Assembly (NCBI RefSeq): GCF_003018255.1
Contig: NZ_CP027440.1
Direction: 5' to 3' (one strand)
Length of the DNA stretch: 64,000 bases
Origin: Escherichia coli
Lineage (GTDB): Bacteria; Pseudomonadota; Gammaproteobacteria; Enterobacterales; Enterobacteriaceae
The notes beneath the pieces were generated by a model. That model saw only the letters and a list, made by a program, of their open reading frames with translations, had not been told where the DNA came from and ran no database searches. Shown in pieces: positions 60,068-64,000 of the stretch (the stretch's first letter is position 1; the number at the start of each line of letters is the position of its first letter). Made by a program: the position numbers and the translations under genes.

Positions 60068-60708
60068 GGTGCGGGTTTAAGAAACGTCATTTCTACGGGA
60101 ATAACCCCTGCGCCTAACATTTGCCGACTTTGACGAACCTGGCCACTAGCCGAATCGACCCAGAATGTGTTTTGCCACTGTTTTTCTGGCAGCGTGGAAG
60201 TCACCTCTTCCTGCCAGACATTACACAGCACATCGCGACCCGCAATATTCAGCGTCTCTAATCCAGCAAAGGAAAAAGTGGAACTCAGGGTCGCAGAGCG
60301 AAAATGGTTGTCTTCACTCCAGAGAATATCGCGCGTCCAGCGGCTGCCGTCTTTTATTGCCAGCGCGTTACGCAGAGGGTCCTGCCCGGAATTTGTCACT
60401 TCCAGCAGATTATTATTAAGTTTGACGGTTTTTAAAAGACGTCCATTGTGGGTAACCAGCATGGCGTTATCCTGGGATAACCATTTGCTTTGTTCTTGTT
60501 CTATATATCCCAGTACCACAAAGATTCGTTGCCCTTCATTAAGGCGTAAATACATCGTGGAATAAGGCAACGCCTGGATCTGCTGATCCGCTACGGTGAT
60601 ATCCTGATTATCGAAAAGGCTGGCGCGAAATGTATCGACCATACTTTGCTGGCTGTGCGTACATCCCGCAAGAAATAGTGCGAAAATCGATAAAATAAGA
60701 GGGCGCAC
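60064..60708 (-). CDS. gfcB: lipoprotein GfcB (YmcC)
   Basis: 214 aa; lipobox LAGCTHS. Confidence 0.9.
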   Translation of the reverse strand: MRPLILSIFALFLAGCTHSQQSMVDTFRASLFDNQDITVADQQIQALPYSTMYLRLNEGQRIFVVLGYIEQEQSKWLSQDNAMLVTHNGRLLKTVKLNNNLLEVTNSGQDPLRNALAIKDGSRWTRDILWSEDNHFRSATLSSTFSFAGLETLNIAGRDVLCNVWQEEVTSTLPEKQWQNTFWVDSASGQVRQSRQMLGAGVIPVEMTFLKPAP

Positions 60709-60814
60709 CTTTAATCCTTGAAAGGTTAATTAAAAAAATGCAAATCTCTAAAGCCCGGTACGAATATCGCAACCGGGTATCATTTAACTTTAATTTTGAC
60801 GCGTTAAAGCAGTA

Positions 60815-61120
60815 TTAGCGCGTAGTGGACGTGGTGGTTGAGGTGTTATGAGAACCGCCATCGCCACTGTCATTTGCTGCAACTACTGCCAACGTCGCCA
60901 CACCAACAGCCGTTGCCACACCGACAACCGTCGCCGTGCCGACAGCGCCAGCAGCCACGCCACCAGTGGTAGCAGCAGTCGTGGTTGCACCTGTAGTGGT
61001 CGTTGTGGTGCCAGTAGTACCCGTCGTTGCCTCAGTCCCGTTTGCTGCTTCAGGGGCAGCAAATGCAGCTGGCGTCGTCAACATGAAGGCCATAAGGATT
61101 GCAGAAAGCTTGTGTTTCAT
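60815..61120 (-). CDS. gfcA: Thr-rich secreted protein GfcA (YmcD)
   Basis: ORF track 60815..61138; start giving MKHKLSAILMAFMLTTPAAFA; Thr/Gly/Ala/Val low-complexity body. Confidence 0.88.
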   Translation of the reverse strand: MKHKLSAILMAFMLTTPAAFAAPEAANGTEATTGTTGTTTTTTGATTTAATTGGVAAGAVGTATVVGVATAVGVATLAVVAANDSGDGGSHNTSTTTSTTR

Positions 61121-61560
61121 AACTTTTCCTTTATTCATCGCATGGACAATACGTACGCTTGAGATCAGGATTATCTACTTTGAGTATAACATCCTTGTGA
61201 AATCTCCCTTTCCTCATACCGCCAGCACTATATACTGCGGGTGGGAAAGGCGCGCAGAGGGAAATATAAGATTGTTAACTATTCCCCTCTGGAAATACGA
61301 CTTGTGAGCATAAGATAAATCTTAGCAAAATACAAATTAAAGATAAGAAAATTGTTAAGAAAGCTATTAACTATTGTTGGTAATATAGTTTCAAGTGGTA
61401 CTATAACTGGCTGTTAAGTGGCATTTATAACTATTAGGTGCAGAGATATTCGCTTAAATGGATTTGTTGCCCGGTGAAAAAGTAACTTGCGTTATAATTT
61501 ATGGTGTTGACTATTGAGCTATTCCAATAAAACCAGCCAACTTTAAACAAGCAACTCATA

Positions 61561-61773
61561 TTAAGAGAGATAAACATTTGCCGCTGTTGGTCCTCGCAGG
61601 CCATTTACGCGGCAAAATTCCACGCGTAATCCTGGTATAAGCACTTCTGCGTCGCGGGGAGTGAATGCGGAAATATGGACCTGGACTTCTTTACGACCGT
61701 CGGAGGGGATAATGAATCCTTTGCCGCTTTTGCGATCAAAGGTTTTGACAATTCCTGTCATTTTACGGGACAA
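61561..61773 (-). CDS. cspH: cold-shock-domain protein CspH
   Basis: 70 aa; [23 protein letters not shown]. Confidence 0.92.
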
Positions 61774-62058
61774 ACAAATTCCTTACTGAAAATACTGCGC
61801 TGCACTATACGGGGTTAATAAAATAAAGCCAGCGATATTTAAGACCGCCGGACGGCTAAAATAAAATTTGCTTAATCTCAATTATCATGCGTTAATAGCT
61901 GCGTCGGTTTGAAAGACAGACAGCATACAAAGTAGTTTACTAAAGCAGTTCTCATTATCAGGCATTATCCCCTTCTTTTGAGTCTCTCTCCTGAACACTA
62001 AGTAGTTTCTGTACTAAAGCCCTGTTTGCCGAAAGGCCCAAAATGAAGGAAGTAAAAT

Positions 62059-62271
62059 ATGTCTAATAAAATGACTGGTTTAGTAAAATGGTTTAACGCA
62101 GATAAAGGTTTTGGCTTTATCACTCCTGATGATGGCAGCAAAGACGTTTTCGTCCATTTCACCGCCATCCAGAGCAATGAATTCCGCACGCTGAACGAAA
62201 ATCAGAAAGTTGAATTTTCTATTGAGCAGGGGCAACGTGGTCCCGCGGCAGCGAACGTTGTTACGCTCTAA
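62059..62271 (+). CDS. cspG: cold shock protein CspG
   Basis: 70 aa; [23 protein letters not shown] (RNP1 motif). Confidence 0.95.
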   Translation: MSNKMTGLVKWFNADKGFGFITPDDGSKDVFVHFTAIQSNEFRTLNENQKVEFSIEQGQRGPAAANVVTL

Positions 62272-62470
62272 GGTTGCCGTTATTACTCCACATCTCCATT
62301 TCCGCTGTCCATGTTGTCATGGTTCACAGTACCGCACATCGGCATTCGATGTGACGGAGCGAAATCCTTTAGGGGCAAAGTGTATTTTTTGTAAATCGAC
62401 GATGATCACCTTTGATAACGTCGCGCTGCAAATACGCACTGACCATGCGCCGCTGGATTTCACAAAATAA
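62237..62470 (+). CDS. ymcE: small Cys-rich protein YmcE; start codon uncertain (non-ATG)
   Basis: ORF track 62210..62470; contains ...[21 protein letters not shown]...; no in-frame ATG near 5' end, GTG at 62237 chosen. Confidence 0.5.
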   Translation: MVPRQRTLLRSKVAVITPHLHFRCPCCHGSQYRTSAFDVTERNPLGAKCIFCKSTMITFDNVALQIRTDHAPLDFTK

Positions 62471-62664
62471 TATCAGGCTCCCTCGTGGAGCCTTTTTTAT
62501 ATCTGCCTTATTTTTCTTCAACGCTGTATGTATAGTAAGCGATAACCTGTTGATTATTGAATCTTTCGGGGAGATGGCTTATAACATTTCTTACCTGACC
62601 AGGGTACCGGGAACCAACACCTTACTGGCGTGTTGCTGTCTTTCAAGACCAGAAGAGGTTAACA

Positions 62665-62838
62665 GTGAATATTGAAGAGTTAAAAAAACAAGCCGAAACG
62701 GAAATCGCTGACTTTATCGCGCAAAAAATCGCCGAGCTGAACAAGAATACAGGGAAAGAAGTCTCTGAAATTCGCTTCACCGCACGAGAAAAAATGACCG
62801 GGCTTGAAAGTTATGATGTCAAAATCAAAATAATGTGA
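62665..62838 (+). CDS. gnsA: GnsA (57 aa; GTG start; below the ORF-track cutoff)
   Basis: read from DNA: (M)NIEELKKQAETEIADFIAQKIAELNKNTGKEVSEIRFTAREKMTGLESYDVKIKIM. Confidence 0.85.
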   Translation: MNIEELKKQAETEIADFIAQKIAELNKNTGKEVSEIRFTAREKMTGLESYDVKIKIM

Positions 62839-62885
62839 TTTTGTGAACATCACCCGTGCGAGGTGATGTTCCGCTTGTTGCTAAT

Positions 62886-63959
62886 TTAGTGGCCAATCAT
62901 TGGCGCTTGTGGAATTAAGCGTCGGTACAATTCCTCCGGCACCGGGCTTTGCCATACTCCCGCATACATTGCGTAACCAATCACCGCAAACATAATCCCC
63001 AGAATCAGTAGCGTCATTAACCAGCCAGACAACGCAAAGGCTTTTTTATTTGCCGCAGGTTTTTGCAGTGAAAAGGTCAATGTTGAGGCTACCGGACATG
63101 ACTCTACGCAAGTCATACAGCCGGTACATTCCACTGTTCGTACCTGAATTAATTTATCGACCGGGATCCGTGATGGGCAATTTTTTGCGCATTTGCCACA
63201 GTCGATACAACTTTCGGCATTGCGACGAATCTTAAACGGCGATAATAGCGAAACCACGCCCATCAGCGCGCCATATGGGCAAAGATAACGACACCAGGCA
63301 TGGCGAATAAACAGGCTGGCAATCAGCAAAACGATCATGCTGATTAATGTCGCGGTCCCCATATGACGAAAGAAATTGAGCATTTTAACGTCCATCACCA
63401 CGCTGTAGGGCGACAACATAAAATAGTGAATCGCCTGAGCGGGCATCAATAACGCAATATAGAGAAAAAAACTCAACAGCAAATACTTCACGCCGCGCAG
63501 AGGAGTATCCAGCCAGCGGGGAAGGACAAATTGCCGACCAAACAGTTTGTTACCGAGATCGCCGATTAATTCAGAAAGCGTACCAACCGGGCATAACCAT
63601 GAACAAAAGGCCTTTTTTAATAATAGACTGATGACGATAAAAGCGACCAATAACAGCATCGCGGCGGCGTGGACGGACGGTAACTGGCCTGTTGCAAGGC
63701 TATATTTCAGATTCATCAGACCGGCAATCGGTAGCCAGCCTTCGATACCTCCCGGTCTGGTGACAAATGTCGTACTACCTGCCGTTTCGTAATAGCGCAC
63801 CCAATACCAGAACGTGATGGCAATATAAATATTCATTGCCAACAGTAATAATTGCGTCGCTTTACGCCAGGTCGTGGCATTGCGCCAGTCATTCCACGGT
63901 AATTTGCCGCCCGTCGTGCTTGGCCGCCGCTGCCAGCGGGTTCTTCTTTTCTCTGTCAT
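62886..63959 (-). CDS. yccM: membrane-bound 4Fe-4S ferredoxin-type protein YccM (NapH/MauN-like)
   Basis: 357 aa; polytopic with CxxCxxC clusters (CIDCGKCAKNCP, CTGCMTCVESCP). Confidence 0.9.
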   Translation of the reverse strand: MTEKRRTRWQRRPSTTGGKLPWNDWRNATTWRKATQLLLLAMNIYIAITFWYWVRYYETAGSTTFVTRPGGIEGWLPIAGLMNLKYSLATGQLPSVHAAAMLLLVAFIVISLLLKKAFCSWLCPVGTLSELIGDLGNKLFGRQFVLPRWLDTPLRGVKYLLLSFFLYIALLMPAQAIHYFMLSPYSVVMDVKMLNFFRHMGTATLISMIVLLIASLFIRHAWCRYLCPYGALMGVVSLLSPFKIRRNAESCIDCGKCAKNCPSRIPVDKLIQVRTVECTGCMTCVESCPVASTLTFSLQKPAANKKAFALSGWLMTLLILGIMFAVIGYAMYAGVWQSPVPEELYRRLIPQAPMIGH

Positions 63960-64000
63960 GATTTTGCCAGTCCGTTAAGTTGCATACCAAATGCCACTAT

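Noticed and set aside
60880-61040. Possible tandem DNA repeat or mobile element in the gfcA region
   Set aside because: The repetitiveness is codon-level low complexity inside the gfcA ORF, not an IS or satellite; no terminal inverted repeats or transposase.

Overview
This window is an enterobacterial core-chromosome segment that I recognise, gene for gene, as the Escherichia coli ldtD(ycbB)–yccM region. I did not find a previously undescribed system: every coding stretch and every gap over about 150 bp is accounted for by a known gene, promoter, terminator or REP element. There are no integrases, transposases, CRISPR arrays or phage modules. Gene order along the window is: ldtD (3' part), mepK, gloC, aspC, ompF, asnS, pncB, pepN, ssuEADCB, pyrD, zapC, ycbX, rlmL, uup, pqiABC, rmf, fabA, ycbZ, matP, ompA, sulA, sxy, yccS, yccF, helD, mgsA, yccT, yccU, hspQ, rlmI, acyP(yccX), tusE, yccA, serT tRNA, hyaABCDEF, appCBXA, etk-etp-gfcEDCBA, cspH, cspG, ymcE, gnsA, yccM. 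All calls rest on my reading of the translated ORF track (recognised protein sequences and motifs) and of the DNA for hairpins, repeats and operator sites; no database search was run. The points most worth a second look are strain-level differences from what I recall of K-12: an uninterrupted gfcA upstream region (I recall an IS1 there in K-12), a variant OmpA surface-loop allele, a yccU reading frame that runs through an A12 tract into its own terminator, and a recurring TAACTATT motif between gfcA and cspH.
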